Shown piece after piece: positions 33,152 through 42,357 of a stretch of 64,000 nt of DNA (positions within the stretch are counted from its first letter, which is position 1; the number at the start of each line of letters is the position of its first letter). A program made the position numbers and the translations under genes. The notes beneath the pieces were generated by a model. It searched no databases. It had not been told where the DNA came from and was given only the letters and a program-made list of their open reading frames with translations. Source of the stretch: a virus (taxonomy: Duplodnaviria > Caudoviricetes); IMG/VR virus record IMGVR_UViG_3300029305_001134, positions 1 to 64,000 of that record. The stretch is one strand, 5' to 3'.

Positions 33152-35251
33152 ATGGCAAGTGTATCACAATGGACTCCGTTTGGGGTTGCGTTGGATCTTA
33201 CAGCAACGGTCAGTAGTGTAACGAGAACGTCTTCTACTCAGTATACTGTAAAGTTTAATGTATCCTGGAAAACCCACTGGGATACAAAGACGGACTACGG
33301 TATGACTGCTTCGTCTGGTGGCGGTAGCGTCAGCCTTAACTCGTCTGGTACAAAATCGGCAGGTAGTAGCGGAACGTTTACAGGAACCTATTCGACGTCT
33401 GCTAATGTGGCTGCCACTAAGACTGTAACGGTTACATTTAGAAACTATAATACCGATCACAACGATTCGGCAACAAAGAGCATCAACTTATCAGTAAGTG
33501 TTCCTGCATGGACGAGCTATAAAGTAAGCTACAACGCAAATGGCGGTTCTGGAGTTCCATCGACTCAGACAAAATGGAAAGACCAGACCTTGACTCTTTC
33601 AAGTACAAAACCGACTCGTACTGGTTATACGTTTGCGGGTTGGGCTACTTCGTCAACTGGTAGTGTGGCTTACGCTGCAGGAGCTAGTTATACTTCAAAC
33701 GCATCGGTTACTTTATACGCGAAATGGACGGCGATCACGTATACCGTAAGTTACAACGCAAACGGTGGTTCTGGAGCTCCATCAAGTCAGACGAAAACTT
33801 ATGGTGTAGCACTCACGTTATCAAGTACCAAACCGACTCGTACGAATTACACGTTTAAGGGTTGGGGTACGTCATCGGGGGCTACAACTGTCTCGTATTC
33901 GGCGGGTGGTAGTTATACTTCGAATGCATCGATAACCCTTTATGCAATTTGGGAATTATCGTATGTTAAACCAAGAATCTCTGGTTTCTCAGTAGCCAGA
34001 TGCAATTCGAGTGGTACTGTAACCGATTCTGGTACTTACGCTTTGGTTAAGTTTAACTTTGCTACGGATAAAACAGTAACGGGTATCGCTATTTATTGGA
34101 AAGTGGCAACATCGTCTTCATATACTAATAGTTTAGCGGTTCCTTTTACCGGTAGTACTACTATTAGTCAGGTTATTGGCGATGGCGGTTTAAGTACGGA
34201 AACTACATATAATATCCAAGTAGTCGTATCGGATGCAAATGGTAGTTCAGATGTTACGGGTACTGTTCAAGCTATTAAATATCCTATTGATATTAAGTCT
34301 GGTGGAACGGGTATAGCATTTGGTAAACCGGCAGAGACTGCGGATTTATGTGAGTGTAATTATAATTTCCAAGCTAACCGAAAACTAACAGTGGGTAAAT
34401 ACGTCGACAGTTCTACAGCACCAACGGGCGGAATGAAAATTCACGATTTGCGAGATGTAACGCCAACGCCTGGTATGTTCGGTGACAATAGTATGAATTT
34501 ATATTTCGACACTATAGGTGTTGATAATGACTATTGGAAAACAATCATGAGTTTAACTGGATGGAGTGCCGATTCGTATGCCACTCATGAATTAGCGTTT
34601 AATTCACATTATGGTACTGGAAGTCCATATTTATGGCATCGTGTTGGTGCTAACGGTACATGGCAAGCTTGGAGAAGGATATTAGACAATTACGGCGGCG
34701 GTATGAATGGCGACTTAACTTTCGCTAACGATGTCAAAATCAATAGTACGAGAACCGACGGAAGTGTATACGAAGCTATTAATCCGATGTCCGCGGGTAA
34801 TAATCTCGCTATCGGACACGGTTTATACACCAACAAGTCTGGAAGTCTAAATCTATACAGTTACGATATCAACCATTTTGTGAGTAATATAGCCGAACCT
34901 GGCTCGTATAGACCGTACAGAAGACGAGGGGATTCGATAAGTCTTACAATAAGAACTGCGGGATATGTAACAAACTCTGGGGCAGATGTATCATTCTCAA
35001 TACCGTTTTCCGTACCGATCGTAGGAGCGCCAACCGTAACTGCGACCAGTGGTAACGGTTTTATATTACGACAGGGTAATTCATACACACACGGTTCTTC
35101 AGCATCTGTATACGTAATCCCAACGAGTTATAGCGTAACTAGACGACAGTTTAACGGTATCGATATAACTGCTTCGTTTTCTAACACTACGAATGTAACT
35201 AACAACGACGCTATAGGCGTGTATTGGAACGGAACGATTACATTCTCATAA
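33152..35251 (+). CDS. tail fibre with InlB B-repeat (Listeria-Bacteroides repeat) domains
   Basis: two YxVSYNANGGSG.P...PTRTxYTFxGW...TLYAxW repeats. Confidence 0.8.
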   Translation: MASVSQWTPFGVALDLTATVSSVTRTSSTQYTVKFNVSWKTHWDTKTDYGMTASSGGGSVSLNSSGTKSAGSSGTFTGTYSTSANVAATKTVTVTFRNYNTDHNDSATKSINLSVSVPAWTSYKVSYNANGGSGVPSTQTKWKDQTLTLSSTKPTRTGYTFAGWATSSTGSVAYAAGASYTSNASVTLYAKWTAITYTVSYNANGGSGAPSSQTKTYGVALTLSSTKPTRTNYTFKGWGTSSGATTVSYSAGGSYTSNASITLYAIWELSYVKPRISGFSVARCNSSGTVTDSGTYALVKFNFATDKTVTGIAIYWKVATSSSYTNSLAVPFTGSTTISQVIGDGGLSTETTYNIQVVVSDANGSSDVTGTVQAIKYPIDIKSGGTGIAFGKPAETADLCECNYNFQANRKLTVGKYVDSSTAPTGGMKIHDLRDVTPTPGMFGDNSMNLYFDTIGVDNDYWKTIMSLTGWSADSYATHELAFNSHYGTGSPYLWHRVGANGTWQAWRRILDNYGGGMNGDLTFANDVKINSTRTDGSVYEAINPMSAGNNLAIGHGLYTNKSGSLNLYSYDINHFVSNIAEPGSYRPYRRRGDSISLTIRTAGYVTNSGADVSFSIPFSVPIVGAPTVTATSGNGFILRQGNSYTHGSSASVYVIPTSYSVTRRQFNGIDITASFSNTTNVTNNDAIGVYWNGTITFS

Positions 35252-35263
35252 ATAGAACAAGAG

Positions 35264-35548
35264 GTGAATCCATTGGCATTATATAAAGCAATAAAGCAAA
35301 AAGATGGAGTAACTACATATTACCATCGAATTTTATATTTGACACAAACAGTGAATCGTCAGAATTCTATTGCGGTTCTTTCTTATGTAGACGACGCATC
35401 TAGAACAGCTGAACAGGAGAACGAGATCGCTCAGCCATACATGCAAGCGGTTACATACGAATTACCTTATGATGAAACGATGACTGTTGAAACAGCTTAT
35501 GCATACATAAAAACTTTGCCTCAGTTCGAAGGGGCCGAAAATATTTAA
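35264..35548 (+). CDS. fibre-associated small protein
   Basis: AYAYIKTLPQFEGAE C-terminus typical of post-fibre proteins; exact start uncertain. Confidence 0.6.
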   Translation: MNPLALYKAIKQKDGVTTYYHRILYLTQTVNRQNSIAVLSYVDDASRTAEQENEIAQPYMQAVTYELPYDETMTVETAYAYIKTLPQFEGAENI

Positions 35549-35567
35549 CAGAAAGGAAATATGTGAT

Positions 35568-35840
35568 ATGACAAATACATTACAGGTTACAGAAACAATC
35601 AATAGAACAGGTTATACAATTATCGATGGTATTAAAGTAGTTCAGCATACTTGTACAATTTCATCCGAAGATCCACAGCAGATTCGAGTTGGTATGGTTA
35701 AACTGGATAATGAAATGTATAAAGCAAACAGAGCTATTTGTAGAGACGATTATGCTGTATTCGAAGATTCTGCGTATGCTTTACAGGAAGAGTTGATCGC
35801 TAAAGTAGAACCAGTCGAAGGCGTAATCGCAGAAGAATAA
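35568..35840 (+). CDS. hypothetical protein
   Basis: RBS GAAAGGA; 90 aa. Confidence 0.65.
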   Translation: MTNTLQVTETINRTGYTIIDGIKVVQHTCTISSEDPQQIRVGMVKLDNEMYKANRAICRDDYAVFEDSAYALQEELIAKVEPVEGVIAEE

Positions 35841-35856
35841 TCGAGGTGAATTCAAA

Positions 35857-36186
35857 ATGGAAATTGCTATAGCATTTATCGCAGCGATGGGAATACCAAG
35901 TGCTATTACGGGATTTTTATTTTGGTGGCTGAAGCGTAGTATTGATAAACGTGAAAAGAAATCTGAAGAAAGAGAGAAAACTACAGAACAGCTCATGTTA
36001 ATCATCATGAAAAACAGCAGAGCTACGAATGTATTAGCAGAGGCAACAGCAAAAGCAGTCCAACGTATTCCAGACGCTCATTGTAATGGCGATATGACGG
36101 CTGCTCTTGAACTTGCCGAAAAAATTCAGAAAGAAGAAAAAGATTTCATGTTTGATCAAGGTATAAAACATATTTTCGGAGATTAA
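35857..36186 (+). CDS. single-TM holin-like protein
   Basis: N-terminal TM followed by coiled coil; HCNGDM motif. Confidence 0.65.
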   Translation: MEIAIAFIAAMGIPSAITGFLFWWLKRSIDKREKKSEEREKTTEQLMLIIMKNSRATNVLAEATAKAVQRIPDAHCNGDMTAALELAEKIQKEEKDFMFDQGIKHIFGD

Positions 36187-36206
36187 TAAGAAAGGCGGTA
36201 GTAACT

Positions 36207-36467
36207 ATGAAAAATATTAACTGGATTGTACGAATTAAAAACAAAAACTTTTGGATAGCTATTATTCCAGCAGTATTGCTGTTGATTCAGGTGGTAGCTG
36301 CCGTGTTCGGATTCAGTCTTGACTTAGGCGATTTGGGTAATAAGTTACTCGCGGTTGTTAATGCTGTGTTTATGGTATTATCAATTCTCGGTGTAGTAGT
36401 AGACCCAACGACAGCTGGAATCGCAGACAGTACACAGGCTATGACTTACAGTGAACCAAAGAAATAA
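36207..36467 (+). CDS. holin, phiLC3 family
   Basis: INWIVRIKNKNFW...LGVVVDPTTAGIADS. Confidence 0.88.
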   Translation: MKNINWIVRIKNKNFWIAIIPAVLLLIQVVAAVFGFSLDLGDLGNKLLAVVNAVFMVLSILGVVVDPTTAGIADSTQAMTYSEPKK

Positions 36468-36476
36468 TGTGAATGA

Positions 36477-36512
36477 AGGGCCTCGTTGAACAAACGGGGT
36501 CTTTTGTTTTTC
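36477..36512 (+). terminator. terminator ending the late operon
   Basis: AGGGCCTCGTT..AACGGGGTCTT followed by a T-run. Confidence 0.8.
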
Positions 36513-36551
36513 TTCAAAATGGAATTCGCGACCTATACGAGTCCTTTTATG

Positions 36552-36698
36552 AGAGAGAATTAGGAATGACTCCAATGACGATATTAAATAAAGATATGAA
36601 AAAATTAATATTATCAGGAGACGCTGGCCTACTAGACGGTCTTTATCAGATACAGTCTAATTGAGCGGGTTCGAGTCCTACAGATACGCATTCTCTCT
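36552..36698 (+). ncRNA. candidate small RNA with a terminal stem and a T-loop-like element
   Basis: AGAGAGAAT (36552) pairs with ATTCTCTCT (36690) followed by a T-run; GGTTCGAGTCC at 36668. Confidence 0.45.
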
Positions 36699-36791
36699 TA
36701 TTTTTCTATTTGAACGAAGTGAAAACAGGTGAACTTTAGTTGAATTCGCGACCTATACATACCCTATTATGAGATAAAAACCAAAAAGGAG

Positions 36792-37010
36792 ATGTTTAAC
36801 ATGGAAGTTAAAACTAAAGGCTATGATATTGAGCAAGTAGTTGATGTAATTGAAATGTTATCATATTCACAAGGTTTTTACGGACGATTATTAGAAGAGA
36901 TCCTATATATTGAGGAGAACGAACCAGCTAAGTACGAAGTATTTAAGCAAATTATCGAGAAACAGGAGTTTGAAGACCCTGTGGACGTAGTGCTATTCTT
37001 CGAAGGCTAG
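36792..37010 (+). CDS. small acidic hypothetical protein (cassette)
   Basis: motif + RBS + terminator; start may be 36801. Confidence 0.75.
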   Translation: MFNMEVKTKGYDIEQVVDVIEMLSYSQGFYGRLLEEILYIEENEPAKYEVFKQIIEKQEFEDPVDVVLFFEG

Positions 37011-37082
37011 GACGAGTCCTTAACAAGGGCTCTTCATTTTCTCTCGCGACCGAAACATTTCTTTTATGAGGAGGTGATATGA

Positions 37083-37334
37083 ATGGTATGGTATAAATTA
37101 AAACAGGACTTTTCTAGAAAAGAAGCGAAACTAATTTTAAAGTATATGCAAGAAATTATTGACGAGTACGGCTATGTAACTCTCGCCGATTTTTATGATC
37201 TCGTAGATGTTAGAAGAGTTGTCTACACGGATAATAAAAAACGTTGGCGTTCGTTAAATGGGGCTAGAGTATCGTTGTTTAAAGGTAAATATGGGTATAG
37301 AATAAAATTACCGGCTTTTGAGGAATTGTCATGA
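37083..37334 (+). CDS. hypothetical protein, paralog of 52079 and 53394
   Basis: IIDEYGYVTLADFYDL motif. Confidence 0.8.
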   Translation: MVWYKLKQDFSRKEAKLILKYMQEIIDEYGYVTLADFYDLVDVRRVVYTDNKKRWRSLNGARVSLFKGKYGYRIKLPAFEELS

Positions 37335-37459
37335 CGTAAATCAATATCATATTGCACTAAAACAATAAGGGCTTAGGAGAAATCTTAGGCTCTTCTTTTT
37401 CTTTTCGCGCTTCCTACACTTCCTTTTATGGGAAAACATTTCGAAAGGGGACAATCAAA

Positions 37460-37780
37460 ATGGCTAGATTTAATGCGAAAGAAGAAACATGGTTGAAAGT
37501 AGAAGTCTTAGGAAAAGAAGGTTTATTTATAGATTTACGAATCGATAGAAAGACTGTTCCAGAAGGCTATCATATGTACGAGGTAAGACACTCTGATGAT
37601 GATTGGGGTGAACCTGTAGAGATAGGCGAATGGATTATGGTAAATTTCTTCGGCACGTTATTGATGAAAGAACCATTCGAATTAGAGAAATCTACTGCGG
37701 TCAATAATGCTTATTTGTGGTTAGAGAATCCAGAAGATTTTGGGTATCTTGGAGAAACTGTAGAATTTGGAGAGAGTTAA
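37460..37780 (+). CDS. LPD28-like domain protein
   Basis: LRIDRKTVPEGYHMYEVRHSDD..P..I...VNFFGTLL pattern. Confidence 0.7.
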   Translation: MARFNAKEETWLKVEVLGKEGLFIDLRIDRKTVPEGYHMYEVRHSDDDWGEPVEIGEWIMVNFFGTLLMKEPFELEKSTAVNNAYLWLENPEDFGYLGETVEFGES

Positions 37781-37851
37781 ACATGCTCTCTTCTTTTCGC
37801 GTAAATTACTGATCCTCTTATAGAAAAACCAAAATAAAAGGAGGAAATATT

Positions 37852-38079
37852 ATGTTTGAAAATAAAATTATCAAAGGAGAGTATGCGAGTAGATATATCG
37901 CAAGCTGGATTCGAGTAGGTGGACAACTCAGATATGGTAAGGATGAAGATGATTTTAACGAATGGTTATTATCATTAGGTCTTACCGAAGATGAGGCGTA
38001 CTACATTACGAATTTAGCACGATGTGGTAAACTCGAAATGCAGACACACGCACAGATGTTTTTAAAGAATAGACGTTAA
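37852..38079 (+). CDS. hypothetical protein (cassette)
   Basis: RBS AGGAGG; 75 aa. Confidence 0.75.
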   Translation: MFENKIIKGEYASRYIASWIRVGGQLRYGKDEDDFNEWLLSLGLTEDEAYYITNLARCGKLEMQTHAQMFLKNRR

Positions 38080-38184
38080 TAGAATTCAAAATGGTTTGCG
38101 AGGGAGGTCTACAAAGGCTTCTCTTTTCTTTTTCGCTAAATAAACAATCTATATTATAGAAAAAACAATCAAGGAGGAACGATT

Positions 38185-38346
38185 ATGAAAGTAGTAGTTG
38201 ACAATTTTAGTTATAAGGGTAAATACTATGATAAATTTGAGTGTGAATTACCAGTATCGGATTTAAATAGTATTAGCAGTAAAGAATTATCGGCTATGTT
38301 TACCGAACAAATCGATATTTTTGAAGGAAGAAAGGAGTCTCACTAA
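38185..38346 (+). CDS. 53-aa hypothetical protein (not in the ORF track)
   Basis: MKVVVDNFSYKGKYY...; RBS AAGGAGG; motif at 38132. Confidence 0.7.
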   Translation: MKVVVDNFSYKGKYYDKFECELPVSDLNSISSKELSAMFTEQIDIFEGRKESH

Positions 38347-38464
38347 TGGGGCTTCTTTTATTTTTCTGCTTGAATGAAACGAGAACAGACGAATTGTACG
38401 GATGAGCTATTTCGCGCCTCTTACACGTCCTCTTATGAAGACAAATAGCGAAAGGATGATTGCT

Positions 38465-38689
38465 ATGTGTAAAGTGTATGAATTCCCACAACAAACTGAG
38501 CTTCCAAAAGAAGAGGCGGAATTACTCGAAATTTTAGGCGAGGCGTATGTGAAAGCATTATACAACGCATTAGTCAAAATGGTGGGTGGTGGAGCTTCTC
38601 GTGATGAAATGGAAGAGGTTAATGGGCTAGTACATCGAGCATTTTTGAAAGGTATGAACAAAGCGCTAGAGGAATATGAGAAGTCCTGA
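38465..38689 (+). CDS. hypothetical protein (cassette)
   Basis: MCKVYEFPQ...; RBS AAAGGA; motif at 38411. Confidence 0.7.
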   Translation: MCKVYEFPQQTELPKEEAELLEILGEAYVKALYNALVKMVGGGASRDEMEEVNGLVHRAFLKGMNKALEEYEKS

Positions 38690-38748
38690 ACAAGGGCTTT
38701 TCTTTTTTCGCTAAATAAACACTTCGTTTTATGAGGAGGTGATTTGGA

Positions 38749-38928
38749 ATGATACAAACTGATTTCGTAAAACTCAATAACAAAGACGAAAGATTCAGAT
38801 TTTCAACAAAACTGGTATGCGTTATAAAACCGATTATTCGAGTAGTATTAACACCGATATTCTTGTTGATTAGATTATATTGTTGGGTTTGGGATTACGA
38901 TTATTACGAGATATTTTTCAAACGCTAA
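38749..38928 (+). CDS. 59-aa hydrophobic protein (not in the ORF track)
   Basis: MIQTDFVKL...; RBS GAGGAGGTG. Confidence 0.65.
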   Translation: MIQTDFVKLNNKDERFRFSTKLVCVIKPIIRVVLTPIFLLIRLYCWVWDYDYYEIFFKR

Positions 38929-38982
38929 AAACAATAGAACTGGGCTCATAACGAGTCCTTTTCTTTTTCTCCCCCAACCCAC

Positions 38983-39130
38983 TGGACTTTTTACCTTAAA
39001 CAACCGTGTGCTGTCGAGTGAGCACCCTGATGATAAAGTCATTTCTCCGATTATATTTACTGTTGGACTTTTGACCTTAAACAACCGAGGGCTTCTCTGT
39101 ACGCACTCTGTTCATAAAGTCGTTTCTCCA
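38983..39130. repeat. two tandem 56-bp att-like sites (81-bp period)
   Basis: GACTTT-N44-AAAGTC at 38985-39040 and 39066-39121; shared ACCTTAAACAACCG; divergent centres; just 3' of the recombinase. Confidence 0.75.
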
Positions 39131-39171
39131 ACATAAGAAAAACCCCGCCGTAGCAAGGTTTCTCAGGGTTG

Positions 39172-41022
39172 TTATATTTTCAGATGCATCACGATTTCCA
39201 TGTCATCTTTGTCTGTTTTACGTCTTGTGAGCTTAGTTGTCTTCGAATATATGATTCTGTTTATGATTGATTTCAATGACTCATTCTTTTGTGGTATACT
39301 CATATTGTCGTATTCATTTAAGCAGTCTTCCAATTTGGGGATTGCTTTTTTATATCTAATTAACTTTTCTTCCTCTTCGGTATTTTCGAATTTGGCCAGT
39401 TTACGTTCAATCGAATCAATTTCTTTTTCGATGTCGTTCTTCAACTCGATATAATCATCGTATGATATTTCTTCACGATTTCGAGTACGTAATAAATTCT
39501 TCCGTTCAGTTTTTAATCCAGTCAATTTCTTCTCTAATTTCAAAATGGTTTTGTGCGTATCGTCTCTTTCTTTAATAATTTCCTCTTCATAGTTATCTAC
39601 ATAATATTTAAAATCTTTTAATTCTTCTTTTAGCTGCCTTAATACTTCTTTCTCTAATTTCGGAAGCACGCAAGACACCATATCGCAGTTTTGGTTACTA
39701 CACATGAACGTATCTGCTCCAGGTGGTTTCTCCTCATATGTTAGTAATTGCTTATCGAATTCATCAGTCTCGATATCTAGGAAGAATTTTAACTCGAACC
39801 ATTTTTCGCTGAATAAATCCGTGTAATGTAGCTTCTCAGGATCAGGTCTAAACCAATCATTTATCTTACTACGAGATACTCCGAGAAAATCTGCTATCTG
39901 TTGACTGGTAACACCCTTCTTAGCTCTAGCTTCTCGAATTAATTGGTTGATAGCCACTTTATTAACTTTATATTTTCGTACCCGTTTAATTTCTTTCTTT
40001 CTACGATTCTGTACCCGAACGAGTGAGTAACCGCATTTCTTACAGAACACCAAACCAGCCAAAGGATTCTTTAGTTCTCGATTCCAGCCAGTTTTGTCAG
40101 GCTTATTTTTCCGCAGTCTCTCCTGTGCCATATCCCATTTCTCTTTACTGATAATACCTTCTTGTCTACCTCGAACTAACATATATTCTTCTGGGCTTGG
40201 TCTAAACTTGTGTAACTCTCCGTTTATAAGTTTCTTTACTACTGGTCTTTTACCCCAAGCGAGATCGCCGTAATAAACTTCATTCTTTAAAATATGTCGG
40301 ACCATTTCGTCATTCCATAGTTCAGCTATACGAGGTTTTAATTCGTGCTTGTTCAAATAATTCGCTGTCTCCAGAGTAGATAAACCATCATCAACAAAAG
40401 CTGAGAACAGAGCTTCAACGATTGGTGCTTCATTCTGGTCTTTAATTAACATGAATCCTCTATCGAGTGGCTTACGAGCATAACCAAAAGGAGGAGTGCT
40501 ACCAATCCATTTACCTTCACGTAATGATAATTGTCTACCACGACCTAATATTTCTTTTGTATATTCCAAATATTTATTACCTTGTAGTAATTGAGCTTCG
40601 AATATTTCTTTATCAAATTTGTTATTCAAATCATATGCTTTGGTTATTGTGGCGATTATCGTATTCGTATATTTCAGAATTTGTACAACACGACCACAGT
40701 CTAACATTTCACCACGAGATATACGCTGAGGTTCAATCACGAGTAATACAGAACCTTCTTCCTTCTCTAATCGATGAAACACCTTCTTAATCTCAACACG
40801 ATCGTCTATTGTCTCGCCAGAAACAACTTCACGATAGATATTTTCTTCAGGTATTTTCTCTCCGAATGTTTGTATAGCATATTCTTGAAGAATCGTTTCA
40901 TGTCGGGATAATACTTCTTCAACACTTTCTTTACCTTCCGCACGAGATTTCCTCAGATAGATAATTACTCGTCGTACACTTATTTTTCCTAATTCGTATG
41001 GTGTTATGATATTTAAGCTCAT
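39172..41022 (-). CDS. large serine recombinase (integrase) with an XRE-type HTH inserted in the zinc ribbon
   Basis: YLRKSR catalytic motif, EVVSGE, RISRG, PPFGY, CKKCG; RBS AAAGGAG supports the MSLNII start at 41022. Confidence 0.92.
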   Translation of the reverse strand: MSLNIITPYELGKISVRRVIIYLRKSRAEGKESVEEVLSRHETILQEYAIQTFGEKIPEENIYREVVSGETIDDRVEIKKVFHRLEKEEGSVLLVIEPQRISRGEMLDCGRVVQILKYTNTIIATITKAYDLNNKFDKEIFEAQLLQGNKYLEYTKEILGRGRQLSLREGKWIGSTPPFGYARKPLDRGFMLIKDQNEAPIVEALFSAFVDDGLSTLETANYLNKHELKPRIAELWNDEMVRHILKNEVYYGDLAWGKRPVVKKLINGELHKFRPSPEEYMLVRGRQEGIISKEKWDMAQERLRKNKPDKTGWNRELKNPLAGLVFCKKCGYSLVRVQNRRKKEIKRVRKYKVNKVAINQLIREARAKKGVTSQQIADFLGVSRSKINDWFRPDPEKLHYTDLFSEKWFELKFFLDIETDEFDKQLLTYEEKPPGADTFMCSNQNCDMVSCVLPKLEKEVLRQLKEELKDFKYYVDNYEEEIIKERDDTHKTILKLEKKLTGLKTERKNLLRTRNREEISYDDYIELKNDIEKEIDSIERKLAKFENTEEEEKLIRYKKAIPKLEDCLNEYDNMSIPQKNESLKSIINRIIYSKTTKLTRRKTDKDDMEIVMHLKI

Positions 41023-41130
41023 GGAAAAATTTACTCCTTTTCTTAGATGACTTTTTATATTACGCTTCAAATAGTAAACTTTCATAATTTGCTGAATACT
41101 TACATATCTTTCATCGAGGTGGTTAAAAAC

Positions 41131-41283
41131 ATGAAAATTACAGTTGTCAGAAACGAACCAACGAAGGAAGTCCTTCAAAATATTTATGACGTAATGAACA
41201 GAAATATTAAAAATCCAAAATGTTTTTATACGTCAGAAGAAACTAAAAAATTAAAGAAGGACAAATCCAACGTGTGGCTGTAA
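41131..41283 (+). CDS. 50-aa protein divergent from the integrase
   Basis: RBS GAGGTGG; MKITVVRNEPTKE... Confidence 0.6.
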   Translation: MKITVVRNEPTKEVLQNIYDVMNRNIKNPKCFYTSEETKKLKKDKSNVWL

Positions 41284-41293
41284 TGGCTGCGCG

Positions 41294-41677
41294 TTATTTT
41301 TTAATTTGCTCTCTGACTGATAAGTATAATTTCATGATATTTTCGTATAGGTCTTGTTTCTCTTCTAATGATACTTTGTCATTTTCAAATATTAGTCTAG
41401 CTCGTTCTAATAAATCTACAGTTTCTATTTCATCGGTTTTACATCCAAGTGTCTCGATTGAAACGTTAAAATAATCTGCGAGTATCTTTATTTGATGGAT
41501 ATTTAAGTTCCTTTTACCTGTCTCTAGATTTGATACTTGTCCTCTCGATAACGGTCTTCCTGTTGCTCTATTTCCTAAAACTATTCCTAACTCATCTTGT
41601 GTTATATTTCTCATTTTTCTTAATTGTCTCACCCGACCACCTATTTCTTTTGTATCGAGCGTCTTTTGAATTTGCAT
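41294..41677 (-). CDS. XRE-family HTH repressor without a peptidase domain
   Basis: IGGRVRQLRKMRNITQDELG...VSNLETG...LADYFNVS. Confidence 0.88.
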   Translation of the reverse strand: MQIQKTLDTKEIGGRVRQLRKMRNITQDELGIVLGNRATGRPLSRGQVSNLETGKRNLNIHQIKILADYFNVSIETLGCKTDEIETVDLLERARLIFENDKVSLEEKQDLYENIMKLYLSVREQIKK

Positions 41678-41773
41678 CGGATATCACTTTCCTTTCTTAT
41701 AATAAAGTACATGTTTCATTCTACACAAAAATATTCAAATAGCAAACTTTTTAGTTCGAAATTTAAAAACTTA

Positions 41774-41833
41774 TTTACAAATTCTAAAAATTATATTAAG
41801 ATAGCAATGTAAACACGTATGGAACATACGTTC
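41774..41833 (+). promoter_or_regulatory. sigmaA-like promoter plus Firmicute LexA (Cheo) box
   Basis: TTTACA(41774)-17 bp-TAAGAT(41797); GAAC-ATAC-GTTC at 41822-41833. Confidence 0.7.
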
Positions 41834-41861
41834 TAATCTTAATCGATAGGAGTGAACCGCT

Positions 41862-42038
41862 GTGGATGGTGTAGCGAAGGTTATTGACGAATTGGGATTG
41901 ATGATTTTACAGAAAGATATTGAGCTTGAATTAAAACAAAATGAGATCGATAAATTAAAAAGAAAGATAGAAATGATTGAACAATACTTAGACATGTACG
42001 AGGATAATTGCAACTACGATTTCGCATTAAAACGATAA
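41862..42038 (+). CDS. 58-aa coiled-coil protein under the LexA box, candidate antirepressor
   Basis: RBS AGGAG, GTG start; MDGVAKVIDELGLMILQKDIELELKQNEIDKLKRKIE... Confidence 0.65.
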   Translation: MDGVAKVIDELGLMILQKDIELELKQNEIDKLKRKIEMIEQYLDMYEDNCNYDFALKR

Positions 42039-42132
42039 TACATATACATACTTAATCTAATCATTCCCTTGCCCCGGTACTTATGGTTAGATACTTTTTT
42101 AAACATAGTGCGTCAAATAGTAAACTAATGAG

Positions 42133-42357
42133 GTGAAAAGTTTGCATAGAAGAAAGAAATTAGTGTTTTGGAGAATAGAACGACGAATGAGACAGAGGGA
42201 TTTGTGTGAGAGGTTAGGAATCACTACAGCTCATTACTCGAATATCGAACGAGGTATATCAGATCCGTCTTATGTTTTATTAATGAAATTTCGAGAGTTA
42301 TACGATGGTGATGTTTTAGATTTGTTTGAAAAGGAGAATTCAAAATGGCAACAGTAA
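42133..42357 (+). CDS. Cro-like XRE HTH regulator
   Basis: RQRDLCERLGITTAHYSNIERG. Confidence 0.82.
   Translation: MKSLHRRKKLVFWRIERRMRQRDLCERLGITTAHYSNIERGISDPSYVLLMKFRELYDGDVLDLFEKENSKWQQ

Larger units (their letters stand above)
36525..38734 (+). promoter_or_regulatory. phage promoter-like motif TTCGCG-N6-ACA-N7-TTAT(GA/AG), left block of 8 copies
   Basis: copies start at 36525, 36745, 37043, 37404, 37796, 38132, 38411 and 38707; each follows a terminator and precedes an RBS/ORF or a structured RNA. Confidence 0.85.

Noticed and set aside
1275-35251. Diversity-generating retroelement acting on the fibre genes
   Set aside because: No reverse transcriptase and no adenine-specific TR/VR repeat pair seen in this window.
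41023-41178. N-terminal extension of the recombinase given in the ORF track
   Set aside because: An RBS supports the start at 41022, and the extension overlaps a divergent gene.
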